A program made the position numbers and the translations under genes. A DNA stretch of 51,413 nucleotides from a virus (taxonomy: Duplodnaviria; Heunggongvirae; Uroviricota; Caudoviricetes), in the IMG/VR virus record IMGVR_UViG_2563366798_000003, positions 1-51,413 of that record; one strand, written 5' to 3'. The notes below the pieces were generated by a model, which did not search any database, was not told the DNA's origin, and worked only from the letters and a program-made list of their open reading frames with translations. Positions 18,620 to 32,145 of the stretch are shown here, piece after piece; position 1 is the first letter of the stretch, and the number at the start of each line of letters is the position of its first letter.

Positions 18620-19360
18620 GTGGATAATATGCCATACATATGTTCTATCATTTTGGTGTTGAACTCGTTTGATGTCCGAATTGGTAAAGAAGATATTTTG
18701 TTTAAAAAAGGAAGTGCTGTTCTCATTGATTACAATTTAAAAGATTTTTTTTCATCAAATATAGATCATGTAATGATCGTAGATGTTGAAGAGAAAACAG
18801 TTAATGATTTCTTTAAAAGCAACACACTCTCACCTTTTTCTGTAAGAAGGTTTTATCCGGCATACTTGATGGTGGAATGTGAAGATTTTTCATTGTTAAA
18901 GAACTTGATTGCATGCTTGAATTGTGATGGCAGAACTGTGGATTTTGTTAGAAATCAAATATCACTTGCATGTCTTGCTATCTTATCTTCAGAGAAAATA
19001 GTGCAAAGTTTTTTATTTGGATGTCTTAATAGTTTAGGAAGTAAAGTTAAGGCTATTATTCACACGGATATATCTGCAACATGGAGACTTTGTGATATAT
19101 CTTCAAGACTGTATCTGAGTGAAAGTCTGTTAAAAAGAAAATTAAAGCACGAAGGCTTATCATTTAGTAAATTAATTCTTGAAGAGCGAATGGTGATGGC
19201 GGAAAGGTTATTAAGCTACAATTTATATTCTGTTGGAAAAGTTGCTGAGATATGCGGTTATGAAAACACGTCATATTTTGTAAGTGTTTTCAGAAGATAT
19301 TTTGGTGTTCCTCCCCATCAATATTCATCAAGATTTTTTTTAGAAAAAGACATGATGTAA
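18620..19360 (+). CDS. AraC-family transcriptional regulator
   Basis: 246 aa, AT-rich; C-terminal AraC HTH (VGKVAEICGYENTSYFVSVFRRYFGVPPHQY). Confidence 0.8.
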   Translation: MDNMPYICSIILVLNSFDVRIGKEDILFKKGSAVLIDYNLKDFFSSNIDHVMIVDVEEKTVNDFFKSNTLSPFSVRRFYPAYLMVECEDFSLLKNLIACLNCDGRTVDFVRNQISLACLAILSSEKIVQSFLFGCLNSLGSKVKAIIHTDISATWRLCDISSRLYLSESLLKRKLKHEGLSFSKLILEERMVMAERLLSYNLYSVGKVAEICGYENTSYFVSVFRRYFGVPPHQYSSRFFLEKDMM

Positions 19361-19421
19361 CGTGATGCGTTTTAATGATTTTGTAATTTTCGTATTTGAT
19401 AATTGTATGATGCTTTCAGCT

Positions 19422-19453
19422 ACGCCAGAATAATCGCTGGCGTTTTTCTTTTT
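19422..19453 (+). terminator. rho-independent terminator downstream of the AraC-family gene
   Basis: ACGCCAG / CTGGCGT stem followed by TTTTTCTTTTT. Confidence 0.5.
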
Positions 19454-19548
19454 GAATAGATGTTCAAGCCTTACGCTAATGTAACTTCTATACCTTTCCT
19501 CTTCGTTCCGAACCGTGTACACCATCCGTTATTTGCGGAGGTGAGGCT

Positions 19549-19764
19549 ATGAAATCCATGGATAAGTTAACAACGGGCATTGCCTACGGCACCTCCGCAG
19601 GCAGTGCTGGCTACTGGTTTTTACAGCTGCTCGATAAAGTCACGCCCTCACAGTGGGCAGCAATAGGTGTGCTGGGTAGCCTGGTATTTGGCCTGCTGAC
19701 GTACCTGACAAACCTTTATTTCAAGATTAAAGAAGATAAGCGCAAGGCTGCGAGAGGTGAATAA
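19549..19764 (+). CDS. S: class II holin / pinholin (phage 21 S-like)
   Basis: 71 aa with dual-start motif MKSM, two TM segments, charged C-terminus ([13 protein letters not shown]). Confidence 0.85.
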   Translation: MKSMDKLTTGIAYGTSAGSAGYWFLQLLDKVTPSQWAAIGVLGSLVFGLLTYLTNLYFKIKEDKRKAARGE

Positions 19765-20261
19765 TGCCTCCATCATTACGAAAAGCCGTTGCTGCTGCTA
19801 TTGGTGGCGGAGCAATTGCTATAGCATCAGTGTTAATCACTGGCCCAAGTGGTAACGATGGTCTGGAAGGTGTCAGCTACATACCATACAAAGATATTGT
19901 TGGTGTATGGACTGTATGTCACGGGCATACAGGAAAAGACATCATGCTCGGTAAAACGTATACCAAAGCAGAATGCAAAGCCCTCCTGAATAAAGACCTT
20001 GCCACGGTCGCCAGACAAATTAACCCGTACATAAAAGTTGATATACCGGAAACAACGCGCGGCGCTCTTTACTCGTTCGTTTACAACGTGGGCGCTGGCA
20101 ATTTCAGAACATCGACGCTTCTTCGCAAAATAAACCAGGGCGATATCAAAGGCGCATGTGATCAGCTACGTCGCTGGACATATGCTGGCGGTAAGCAATG
20201 GAAAGGTCTCATGACTCGTCGTGAGATTGAGCGTGAAATCTGTTTGTGGGGTCAGCAATGA
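19764..20261 (+). CDS. R: SAR endolysin (lysozyme, R21-like)
   Basis: 165 aa; N-terminal signal-anchor-release segment ([18 protein letters not shown]) followed by lysozyme domain. Confidence 0.9.
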   Translation: MPPSLRKAVAAAIGGGAIAIASVLITGPSGNDGLEGVSYIPYKDIVGVWTVCHGHTGKDIMLGKTYTKAECKALLNKDLATVARQINPYIKVDIPETTRGALYSFVYNVGAGNFRTSTLLRKINQGDIKGACDQLRRWTYAGGKQWKGLMTRREIEREICLWGQQ

Positions 20262-20716
20262 ACAGAGTAACCGCGATTATCTCCGCTCTGGTTATCTGCA
20301 TCATCGTCTGCCTGTCATTGGCTGTTAATCATTACCGTGATAACGCAATCGCCTACAAAGAGCAGCGCGATAACAAGGCCAGTGAACTGGAGAAGGCGAA
20401 CGCCACCATCGCTGACATGCGGAAGCGTCAACGTGATGTAGCAGAACTCGACGCAAGATACACAAAGGAGCTTGCTGATGCTAACGCGACTATCGAAAGT
20501 CTCCGTGCTGATGTTTCTGCTGGGCGTAAGCGCCTGCAAGTCGCCGCCACCTGTGCAAAGTCAACGACCGGAGCCAGCGGCATGGGCGATGGAGAAAGCC
20601 CAGGACTTACAGCAGATGCTGAACTCAATTATTACCGTCTCCGAAGTGGAATCGACAAGATAACCGCGCAGGTTAACTACCTGCAGGAATACATCAGGAC
20701 GCAATGCCTGAAATAA
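20258..20716 (+). CDS. Rz: i-spanin Rz
   Basis: 152 aa from [19 protein letters not shown] (N-terminal TM) with coiled-coil periplasmic domain; overlaps R stop. Confidence 0.8.
   Translation: MNRVTAIISALVICIIVCLSLAVNHYRDNAIAYKEQRDNKASELEKANATIADMRKRQRDVAELDARYTKELADANATIESLRADVSAGRKRLQVAATCAKSTTGASGMGDGESPGLTADAELNYYRLRSGIDKITAQVNYLQEYIRTQCLK
20472..20663 (+). CDS. Rz1: o-spanin Rz1 (embedded in Rz, +1 frame)
   Basis: 63-aa ORF with lipobox LLGVSAC and proline-rich mature region, fully nested within Rz. Confidence 0.7.
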   Translation: MLMLTRLSKVSVLMFLLGVSACKSPPPVQSQRPEPAAWAMEKAQDLQQMLNSIITVSEVESTR

Positions 20717-20747
20717 TTTTTTTGCAAATCACAAAGTCCATTTAATG

Positions 20748-20802
20748 AGCCTCGCGATGCGGGGCTTTTTGCAATAAATGCGTACCGCAACGCATGTTTT
20801 TT
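20748..20802 (+). terminator. tandem rho-independent terminators after the lysis cassette
   Basis: Hairpin AGCCTCGC-GAT-GCGGGGCT plus TTTTT (20748-20771) and ATGCGT-ACCGCA-ACGCAT plus GTTTTTT (20778-20802). Confidence 0.5.
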
Positions 20803-20917
20803 ACACCGAACCTGCCCCTTTGGAATGGGCCTTTGAGGATACCAGTTAGTGCTGGCGAGCCTCGGTGGGCTGGTTTCCTGTGCGGCAAAGGTTCATTTCA
20901 AAGAGTAGGTACACGCT

Positions 20918-21415
20918 ATGAAATCATTAACCCTCTTCAATCAACCAATTCGTATCGGTGAAGATGGCATGATCTGCCTCACTGATATGTGGAAAGCCAG
21001 TGGTAAAAGTGAATCTGAATCGCCTTACCACTACCTGCGAAACAAGCAGACCAAAGAGTTCTTAGCCGAGCTGGAGAAAAACCACGAATCTGTGGTTTTT
21101 ACTGAGCGCGGTGTACACGGTGGAACATATGGCGGGAAGTTTGTTGCTTACGATTATGCGGCTTGGTTAAACCCCGGGTTCAAGTACGCGGCCTATAAAG
21201 TCCTCGATGACTACTTCACCGGAGAACTTCAGCATCGCAACAGCTTAAGTGCGCAGCTCAACATGAAATGTCATGAGTTTGACCAGAAGAAAGACATGGC
21301 GAGCTTCTGCGGACAAGGGCTGGCAGCATGGCGCTATACGAAGCCAGTGTTGGTCGCTGAGATTAACTCCCTGGCTAACCAGCTGCAGATTACGATCCCC
21401 GGGCTTCCGGGATGA
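20918..21415 (+). CDS. KilA-N/Bro-N-like domain protein
   Basis: 165 aa; N-terminus (FNQPIRIGEDGMICLTDMWKASGK) resembles KilA-N-type DNA-binding domains. Confidence 0.5.
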   Translation: MKSLTLFNQPIRIGEDGMICLTDMWKASGKSESESPYHYLRNKQTKEFLAELEKNHESVVFTERGVHGGTYGGKFVAYDYAAWLNPGFKYAAYKVLDDYFTGELQHRNSLSAQLNMKCHEFDQKKDMASFCGQGLAAWRYTKPVLVAEINSLANQLQITIPGLPG

Positions 21416-21693
21416 GTGATCGGGTTATTGAATGCGCCTCCAGAGCGGGGCGCGACTTCTCAGAGTTCATGAAAGGCGAGAAGGGCATGATGGAAGCATT
21501 GGCCTCGGTGGATGAGTTTGGCGAGCAGCTGCGCCTCAACGGCTGTGTCAATCATCACTTTGTTAGCTACATGATGCGGAACTCGATCATGCAGGCATTC
21601 ATGGACATGGCAAAAGCCGAGAGGAAAGAAGAGCGCCGGCGTAAGCGAGCGGAAGCAAAAGCAAAAGCAAAAGCAAAAGCAAAAGTGAAGTAG
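21412..21693 (+). CDS. hypothetical protein (93 aa) with C-terminal (Ala-Lys)n tail
   Basis: ORF overlapping the preceding stop; C-terminus encoded by a (GCAAAA)5 hexanucleotide repeat. Confidence 0.5.
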   Translation: MSDRVIECASRAGRDFSEFMKGEKGMMEALASVDEFGEQLRLNGCVNHHFVSYMMRNSIMQAFMDMAKAERKEERRRKRAEAKAKAKAKAKVK

Positions 21694-22281
21694 CCATTAC
21701 AAAGCCCATTTACGGGTGGGCTTGATAATGAAACCGGAATTTATTCTGGGCCACCAGTTAACGGCAGTACCACGAAACAACCCAAGCCAGTAAGTGGGGA
21801 AATAACACCGGCAGCCACTGAAAGATGAACCTCCTGCCTTATGGCAAAAAAGATTCTTTGTGGTGGCGGACTGATGGAAAGACATCCTAATTTCAGCCAA
21901 ACATTGAAGGAGTTGTTATGTCAGCAGAAGGTTTCAATAACCCATCAAAATTCCGGGATGAGTGGGATAGCAGCGTAAAGAGTAAGTGATGCCATCACAA
22001 AAGCCATTCCCTACAGAGTGGCTTTGATAATGGCTTATACCCTACACGGGATAACTTAACTGATATCCCTTTTAAAGGATAAAGGTATTCAAGCCTGACA
22101 CATCATGCGCTGTATCGTCGCCGTATTCCCGTATTAACAGAGACCGTAGCCCGACGGGGAATTCCTTCTGCGTGAGTGTGCGGGAATAATCAAAAACGAT
22201 GCACACCGGGGTTACCGGGTACACATATTTCATCATGCCAGCGAGTCCGGTTCTGGCGCGGAAGAAACCGGACGTTATGAT

Positions 22282-22707
22282 TTAGTGCGGAAATATTTGT
22301 GTAGTGTTCTGAATGTTCTCAGTAAATAGTAATGAATTATCAAAGGTATAGTAATACCTTTTGTTTTCGTGGATATTTGTAATCCATCTGAAAACCCCTG
22401 CTGTAGCAAGATTTTTCCTGTATTCGTAAAATGATAACTCTCCTGATTTGAATCCTTTTAAGGTGGCTTCTATAAGGCATTTATTTTTTGAAAATCTTAC
22501 ATTTACAACCTTACCCTGTCCTTTTATTAAAACCGTATTATCGTTTTCAAGAACAAGATGAATATTCTCTGTGGCTAAATAGTAAATGTAATGTGAGACA
22601 TTGTGACGTTTTAGTTCAGAATAAAACCAGTGATAGTTTAAATTATTTCGCACTTTATCGAATATTTGTTTAAAAATGGCAACCTGAGCCATTGTAGTAC
22701 CTTCCAT
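22282..22707 (-). CDS. YbcV-like protein (DUF1398-type), tentative
   Basis: 141 aa, AT-rich; position between lysis genes and cos matches DLP12 ybcV. Confidence 0.5.
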   Translation of the reverse strand: MEGTTMAQVAIFKQIFDKVRNNLNYHWFYSELKRHNVSHYIYYLATENIHLVLENDNTVLIKGQGKVVNVRFSKNKCLIEATLKGFKSGELSFYEYRKNLATAGVFRWITNIHENKRYYYTFDNSLLFTENIQNTTQIFPH

Positions 22708-22749
22708 GTGATATGATGGGGCGTAGTCTGCACGATTATCTAAATTGCT

Positions 22750-22983
22750 TCAATCTGGTCTGACCTGTTTTCTGAGCAATTCAGTAATGTCACTCTTTTC
22801 TTTGTTTGCTTCAGGCGAAACTCTTTTTTCTGAGCACAGTCTCCGGCGGCAGGCTTCAATGACCCAGGCTGAGAAATTCCCGGACCCTTTTTGAACAAGA
22901 GCGATGTTAATTTGTTCAATCATTTGGTTAGGAAAGCGGATGTTGCGGGTTGTTGTTCTGCGGGTTCTGTTCTTCGTTGACAT
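22750..22983 (-). CDS. small ribbon-helix-helix-like protein (YlcI/DUF3950-like), tentative
   Basis: 77 aa, N-terminal basic region and RNIRFPNQMIEQINIA...SAWVIEACRRRL resembling RHH folds; directly upstream of the YbcV-like gene. Confidence 0.5.
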   Translation of the reverse strand: MSTKNRTRRTTTRNIRFPNQMIEQINIALVQKGSGNFSAWVIEACRRRLCSEKRVSPEANKEKSDITELLRKQVRPD

Positions 22984-23139
22984 GAGGTTGCCCTGTATTC
23001 AGTGTCGCTGATTTGTATTGTCTGAAGTTGTTTTTACGTTAAGTTGATGCAGATCAATTAATACGATACCTGCGTCATAATTGATTATTTGACGTGGTTT
23101 GATGGCGTAGATGCACGTTGTGACATGTAGATGATAATT

Positions 23140-23371
23140 ATTATCATTTTGCGGGTCCTTTCCGGCGATCCGACAGGTTACGGGGCGGCGACCTCGCGGG
23201 TTTTCGCTATTTATGAAAATTTTCCGGTTTAAGGCGTTTCCGTTCTTCTTCGTCGTAACTTAATGTTTTTATTTAAAATACCCCCTGAAAAGAAAGGAAA
23301 CGACAGGTGCTGAAAACGAACTTTTGGGCCTCTGTCGTTTCCTTTCTCTGTTTTTGTCCGTGGAATGAACA
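23140..23371 (+). other. cos site (cosQ-cosN-cosB) with 12-nt cohesive-end sequence GGGCGGCGACCT at 23183-23194
   Basis: Sequence matches lambda genome termini from memory: ...GCGGGTCCTTTCCGGCGATCCGACAGGTTACG / GGGCGGCGACCTCGCGGGTTTTCGCTATTTATGAAAATTTTCCGGTTTAAGGCG... Confidence 0.85.
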
Positions 23372-23892
23372 ATGGAAGTCAACAAAAAGCAGCTGGCTGA
23401 CATTTTCGGCGCGAGTATCCGTACCATTCAGAACTGGCAGGAGCAGGGAATGCCCGTTCTGCGGGGGGGGGGGCAAGGGTAATGAGGTGCTTTATGACTC
23501 TGCCGCCGCCATAAAATGGTATGCCGAAAGGGATGCTGAAATTGAGAACGAAAAGCTGCGCCGGGAAGTTGAAGAACTGCGGCAGGCCAGCGAGACAGAT
23601 CTCCAGCCAGGGACTATTGAGTACGAACGTCATCGACTTACGCGTGCGCAGGCCGACGCACAGGAGCTGAAAAATGCCAGAGACTCCGCTGAGGTGGTGG
23701 AAACCGCATTCTGTACTTTCGTGCTGTCGCGGATCGCAGGTGAAATTGCCAGTATTCTCGACGGGATCCCCCTGTCGGTGCAGCGGCGTTTTCCTGAACT
23801 GGAAAACCGACATGTTGATTTCCTGAAACGGGATATCATCAAAGCCATGAACAAAGCAGCCGCGCTGGATGAACTGATACCGGGGTTGCTGA

Positions 23893-23918
<26 letters not shown>
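23372..23918 (+). pseudogene. nu1: terminase small subunit Nu1, frame broken by an 11-G homopolymer (apparent +1 insertion)
   Basis: ATG 23372 reads MEVNKKQLADIFGASIRTIQNWQEQGMPVLRGGG then stops at 23480-23482; the lambda-like remainder (KGNEVLYDSAA...EYIEQSG) continues in the +1 frame; G-run at 23463-23473. Confidence 0.75.
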
Positions 23919-27599
<3,681 letters not shown>

Positions 27600-27619
<20 letters not shown>

Positions 27620-28931
27620 TCTCCCGCATATTGCCAGTATGGCCTTTAATGAGCCGCTGATGCTTGAACCCGCTTATGCGCGGGTTTTCTTTTGTGCGCT
27701 TGCAGGCCAGCTTGGGATCAGCCGCCTGACGGATGCGGTGTCCGGCGACAGCCTGACTGCCCAGGAGGCACTCGCGACGCTGGCATTATCCGGTGATGAT
27801 GACGGACCACGACAGGCCCGCAGTTATCAGGTCATGAACGGCATCGCCGTGCTGCCGGTGTCCGGCACGCTGGTCAGCCGGACGCGGGCGCTGCAGCCGT
27901 ATTCGGGGATGACCGGTTACAACGGCATTATCGCCCGTCTGCAACAGGCTGCCAGCGACCCGATGGTGGACGGCATTCTGCTCGATATGGACACGCCAGG
28001 CGGAATGGTGGCGGGAGCATTTGACTGCGCTGACATCATTGCCCGTGTGCGTGACATAAAACCGGTATGGGCGCTGGCCAACGATATGAACTGCAGTGCA
28101 GGTCAGCTGCTTGCCAGTGCCGCCTCCCGGCGTCTGGTCACGCAGACCGCCCGGACAGGCTCCATCGGCGTCATGATGGCTCACAGTAATTACGGTGCTG
28201 CGCTGGAGAAACAGGGTGTGGAAATCACGCTGATTTACAGCGGCAGCCATAAGGTGGATGGCAACCCCTACAGCCATCTTCCGGATGACGTCCGGGAGAC
28301 ACTGCAGTCCCGGATGGATGCAACCCGCCGGATGTTTGCGCAGAAGGTGTCGGCATATACCGGCCTGTCTGTGCAGGCTGTGCTGGATACAGAGGCTGCA
28401 GTGTACAGCGGTCAGGAGGCCATTGATGCCGGACTGGCTGATGAACTTGTCAACAGCACCGATGCGATCACCGTTATGCGTGATGCACTGGATGCACGTA
28501 AATCCCGTCTCTCAGGAGGGCGAATGACCAAAGAGACTCAATCAACAACTGTTTCAGCCACCGCTTCGCAGGCTGACGTTACTGACGTGGTGCCAGCTAC
28601 GGAGGGCGAAAACGCCAGCGCGGCGCAGCCGGACGTGAACGCGCAGATCACCGCAGCGGTTGCGGCAGAAAACAGCCGCATTATGGGGATCCTCAACTGT
28701 GAGGAGGCTCACGGACGCGAAGAACAGGCGCGCGTTCTGGCAGAAACCCCCGGAATGACCGTGGAAACGGCCCGCCGCATTCTGGCCGCAGCACCACAGA
28801 GTGCACAGGCGCGCAGTGACACTGCGCTGGATCGTCTGATGCAGGGTGCACCGGCACCGCTGGCTGCAGGTAACCTGGCATCTGATACCAATAAAGAATT
28901 ACTTAATACACCTGAAGCTTTACCGGTATAA
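27600..28931 (+). CDS. C: head maturation protease C (ClpP-like), GTG start
   Basis: Matches lambda gpC from TAELRNLPHIASMAFNEPLMLEPAYARVFF...; AGGAG SD before GTG 27600; overlaps B end. Confidence 0.9.
28314..28931 (+). CDS. nu3: scaffolding protein Nu3 (in-frame internal start within C)
   Basis: Internal ATG (MDATRRMFAQ...) in the C reading frame, as in lambda; exact start inferred. Confidence 0.55.
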   Translation: MDATRRMFAQKVSAYTGLSVQAVLDTEAAVYSGQEAIDAGLADELVNSTDAITVMRDALDARKSRLSGGRMTKETQSTTVSATASQADVTDVVPATEGENASAAQPDVNAQITAAVAAENSRIMGILNCEEAHGREEQARVLAETPGMTVETARRILAAAPQSAQARSDTALDRLMQGAPAPLAAGNLASDTNKELLNTPEALPV

Positions 28932-28940
28932 GAGGCAGTT

Positions 28941-29273
28941 ATGGCGTCAAAAGAAGAGTTTAACCATTACCAGCCGCTGGGTAACAGTGATCCGGCTCAT
29001 ACAGCAATTGCGCCTGGCGGATTGAGTGCGAAAACGCCTGCAATGACCCCGCTGATGCTGGATGGCACTACCCGTAAGCTGGTTGTGTGGGATGGCACCA
29101 CCGACGGTGCAGCCGTTGGCATTCTGGCGGTTGCTGCTGACCAGACCAGCACCACACTGACGTTCTACAAGTCCGGCTCGTTCCGTTATGAGGATGTGCT
29201 CTGGCCGGAGGCTGCCAGCGACGAGACTAAAAAACGGACCGCGTTTGCCGGAACGGCAATCAGCATCGTTTAA
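28941..29273 (+). CDS. D: head decoration protein D
   Basis: 110 aa matching lambda gpD. Confidence 0.95.
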   Translation: MASKEEFNHYQPLGNSDPAHTAIAPGGLSAKTPAMTPLMLDGTTRKLVVWDGTTDGAAVGILAVAADQTSTTLTFYKSGSFRYEDVLWPEAASDETKKRTAFAGTAISIV

Positions 29274-29328
29274 TCTTCCCCTTCATCAACAAAGGCCGCC
29301 TGTGCGGCTTTTTTTATGGAAATAATTT

Positions 29329-30354
29329 ATGTCTGTATATACAACTGCAGAATTACTGGCATCGACCCAGCATCACTTTAAGTTCGATCCGCTGTTTCTG
29401 CGTCTCTTTTTCCGTGAAACCTATCCTTTCACCACGGAAAAAGTCTATCTCTCACAAATTCCGGGACTGGTAAACATGGCGCTGTACGTTTCGCCGATTG
29501 TTTCCGGTGAGGTTATCCGATCCCGTGGCGGCTCCACCTCTGAATTTACGCCGGGTTATGTCAAGCCGAAGCATGAGGTGAATCCGCAGATGACCCTGCG
29601 TCGCCTGCCGGATGAAGATCCGCAGAACCTGGCTGACCCGGCTTACCGTCGTCGCCGTATTATTCGGCAGAATATGCTGGATGAAAATCTGGCGATTGCC
29701 CAGGTCGAAGAGATGCAGGCAGTTTCTGCCGTGCTTAAGGGCAAATACACCATGACCGGTGAAGCCTTCGATCCGGTTGAGGTGGATATGGGCCGCAGTG
29801 CGGCGAATAACATCACGCAGTCCGGCGGCACGGAGTGGAGCAAGCGTGACAAGTCCACGTATGACCCGACCGACGATATCGAAGCCTACGCGCTGAACGC
29901 CAGCGGTGTGGTGAATATCATCGTGTTTGATCCGAAAGGCTGGGCGCTGTTCCGTTCCTTCAAGGCCGTCAGGGAGAAGCTGGATACCCGTCGCGGCTCT
30001 CATTCCGAGCTGGAGACAGCGGTAAAAGACCTGGGCAAAGCGGTGTCTTATAAGGGAATGTATGGCGATGTGGCCATCGTCGTGTATTCCGGACAGTACG
30101 TGGAAAACGGCGTCAAAAAGAACTTCCTGCCGGACAACACGATGGTGCTGGGGAACACTCAGGCACGCGGTCTGCGCACCTATGGTTGCATTCAGGATGC
30201 GGACGCACAGCGCGAAGGCATTAACGCCTCTGCCCGTTACCCGAAAAACTGGGTGACCACCGGCGACCCGGCGCGTGAGTTCACCATGATTCAGTCAGCA
30301 CCGCTGATGCTGCTGGCTGACCCTGATGAGTTCGTGTCCGTACAACTGGCGTAA
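29329..30354 (+). CDS. E: major capsid protein E
   Basis: 341 aa matching lambda gpE. Confidence 0.95.
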   Translation: MSVYTTAELLASTQHHFKFDPLFLRLFFRETYPFTTEKVYLSQIPGLVNMALYVSPIVSGEVIRSRGGSTSEFTPGYVKPKHEVNPQMTLRRLPDEDPQNLADPAYRRRRIIRQNMLDENLAIAQVEEMQAVSAVLKGKYTMTGEAFDPVEVDMGRSAANNITQSGGTEWSKRDKSTYDPTDDIEAYALNASGVVNIIVFDPKGWALFRSFKAVREKLDTRRGSHSELETAVKDLGKAVSYKGMYGDVAIVVYSGQYVENGVKKNFLPDNTMVLGNTQARGLRTYGCIQDADAQREGINASARYPKNWVTTGDPAREFTMIQSAPLMLLADPDEFVSVQLA

Positions 30355-30395
30355 TCATGGCCCTTCGGGGCCATTTTCTCTCTGTGGAGGAGTCC

Positions 30396-30791
30396 ATGAC
30401 GAAAGATGAACTGATTGCCCGTCTCCGGTCGCTGGGTGAACAACTGAACCGTGATGTCAGCCTGACGGGGACGAAAGAAGAACTGGCGCTCCGTGTGGCA
30501 GAGCTGGAAGAAGAGCTTGATGACACGGGCGACACTGCCGGTCAGGATACCCCTCTCAGCCCGGAAAATGTGCTGACCGGACATGAAAATGAGGTTGTAT
30601 CAGCGCAGCCGGATACCGTGACTGATACGGCTGATCTGGTCACGGTTGTGGCACTGGTGACGCTGCATACTGATGCACTTCACGCCACGCGGGATGAGGC
30701 TGTGGCATTTGTGCTGCCGGGAACGGCGTTTCGTGTCTCTGCCGGTGTGGCAGCCGAAATGACAGAGCGCGGCCTGGCCAGAATGCAATAA
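30396..30791 (+). CDS. FI: DNA packaging protein FI
   Basis: Matches lambda gpFI from MTKDELIARLRSLGEQLNRDVSLTGTKEELALRVAEL... Confidence 0.85.
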   Translation: MTKDELIARLRSLGEQLNRDVSLTGTKEELALRVAELEEELDDTGDTAGQDTPLSPENVLTGHENEVVSAQPDTVTDTADLVTVVALVTLHTDALHATRDEAVAFVLPGTAFRVSAGVAAEMTERGLARMQ

Positions 30792-30802
30792 CGGGAGGCG
30801 CT

Positions 30803-31156
30803 GTGGCTGATTTCGATAACCTGTTCGATGCTGCCATTGCCCGCGCCGATGAAACGATACGCGGGTACATGGGAACGTCAGCCACCATGACATCCGGTGA
30901 GCAGTCCGGCGCAGTAATACGTGGTGTTTTTGATGACCCTGAAAATATCAGCTATGCCGGACAGGGCGTGCGCGTTGAAGGCTCCAGCCCGTCCCTGTTT
31001 GTCCGGACTGATGAGGTGCGGCAGCTGCGGCGTGGAGACACGCTGACCATCGGTGAGGAAAATTTCTGGGTAGATCGGGTTTCGCCGGATGATGGCGGAA
31101 GTTGTCATCTCTGGCTTGGACGGGGCGTACCGCCTGCCGTTAACCGTCGCCGCTGA
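30803..31156 (+). CDS. FII: head-tail joining protein FII
   Basis: 117 aa matching lambda gpFII. Confidence 0.9.
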   Translation: MADFDNLFDAAIARADETIRGYMGTSATMTSGEQSGAVIRGVFDDPENISYAGQGVRVEGSSPSLFVRTDEVRQLRRGDTLTIGEENFWVDRVSPDDGGSCHLWLGRGVPPAVNRRR

Positions 31157-31167
31157 AAGGGGGATGT

Positions 31168-31746
31168 ATGGCCATAAAAGGTCTTGAGCAGGCCGTTGAA
31201 AACCTCAGCCGTATCAGCAAAACGGCGGTGCCTGGTGCCGCCGCAATGGCCATTAACCGCGTTGCTTCATCCGCGATATCGCAGTCTGCGTCACAGGTTG
31301 CCCGTGAGACAAAGGTACGCCGGAAACTGGTAAAGGAAAGGGCCAGGCTGAAAAGGGCCACGGTCAAAAATCCGCAGGCCAGAATCAAAGTTAACCGGGG
31401 GGATTTGCCCGTAATCAGGCTGGGTAATGCGCGGGTTGTCCTGTCCCGCCGCAGGCGTCGTAAAAAGGGGCAGCGTTCATCCCTGAAAGGTGGCGGCAGC
31501 GTGCTTGTGGTGGGTAACCGTCGTATTCCCGGCGCGTTTATTCAGCAACTGAAAAATGGCCGGTGGCATGTTATGCAGCGTGTGGCCGGGAAAAACCGTT
31601 ACCCCATTGATGTGGTGAAAATCCCGATGGCGGTGCCGCTGACCACGGCGTTTAAACAGAATATTGAACGGATACGGCGTGAACGTCTTCCGAAAGAGCT
31701 GGGCTATGCGCTGCAGCATCAACTGAGAATGGTAATAAAGCGATGA
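31168..31746 (+). CDS. Z: tail completion protein Z
   Basis: 192 aa matching lambda gpZ. Confidence 0.9.
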   Translation: MAIKGLEQAVENLSRISKTAVPGAAAMAINRVASSAISQSASQVARETKVRRKLVKERARLKRATVKNPQARIKVNRGDLPVIRLGNARVVLSRRRRRKKGQRSSLKGGGSVLVVGNRRIPGAFIQQLKNGRWHVMQRVAGKNRYPIDVVKIPMAVPLTTAFKQNIERIRRERLPKELGYALQHQLRMVIKR

Positions 31747-32138
31747 AACATACTGAACTCCGTGCAGCCGTACTGGATGCACTGGAGAAGCATGACACCG
31801 GGGCGACGCTTTTTGATGGTCGCCCCGCTGTTTTTGATGAGGAAGATTTTCCGGCAATTGCCGTTTATCTCACCGGCGCTGAATACACGGGCGAAGAGCT
31901 GGACAGCGATACCTGGCAGGCGGAGCTGCATATTGAAGTTTTCCTGCCTGCTCAGGTGCCGGATTCAGAGCTGGATTCGTGGATGGAGTCCCGGATTTAT
32001 CCGGTGATGAGCGATATCCCGGCACTGTCAGATTTGATCACCAGTATGGTGGCCAGTGGCTATGACTACCGGCGCGACGATGATGCGGGCCTGTGGAGTT
32101 CAGCCGATCTGACTTATGTCATTACCTATGAAATGTGA
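31743..32138 (+). CDS. U: tail terminator protein U
   Basis: 131 aa matching lambda gpU. Confidence 0.9.
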   Translation: MKHTELRAAVLDALEKHDTGATLFDGRPAVFDEEDFPAIAVYLTGAEYTGEELDSDTWQAELHIEVFLPAQVPDSELDSWMESRIYPVMSDIPALSDLITSMVASGYDYRRDDDAGLWSSADLTYVITYEM

Positions 32139-32145
32139 GGACGAT

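Noticed and set aside
23307-23371. Upstream extension of the Nu1 ORF (MLKTNFW...)
   Set aside because: Produced by reading the post-frameshift frame backwards past the true ATG at 23372; it overlaps cosB and has no lambda counterpart
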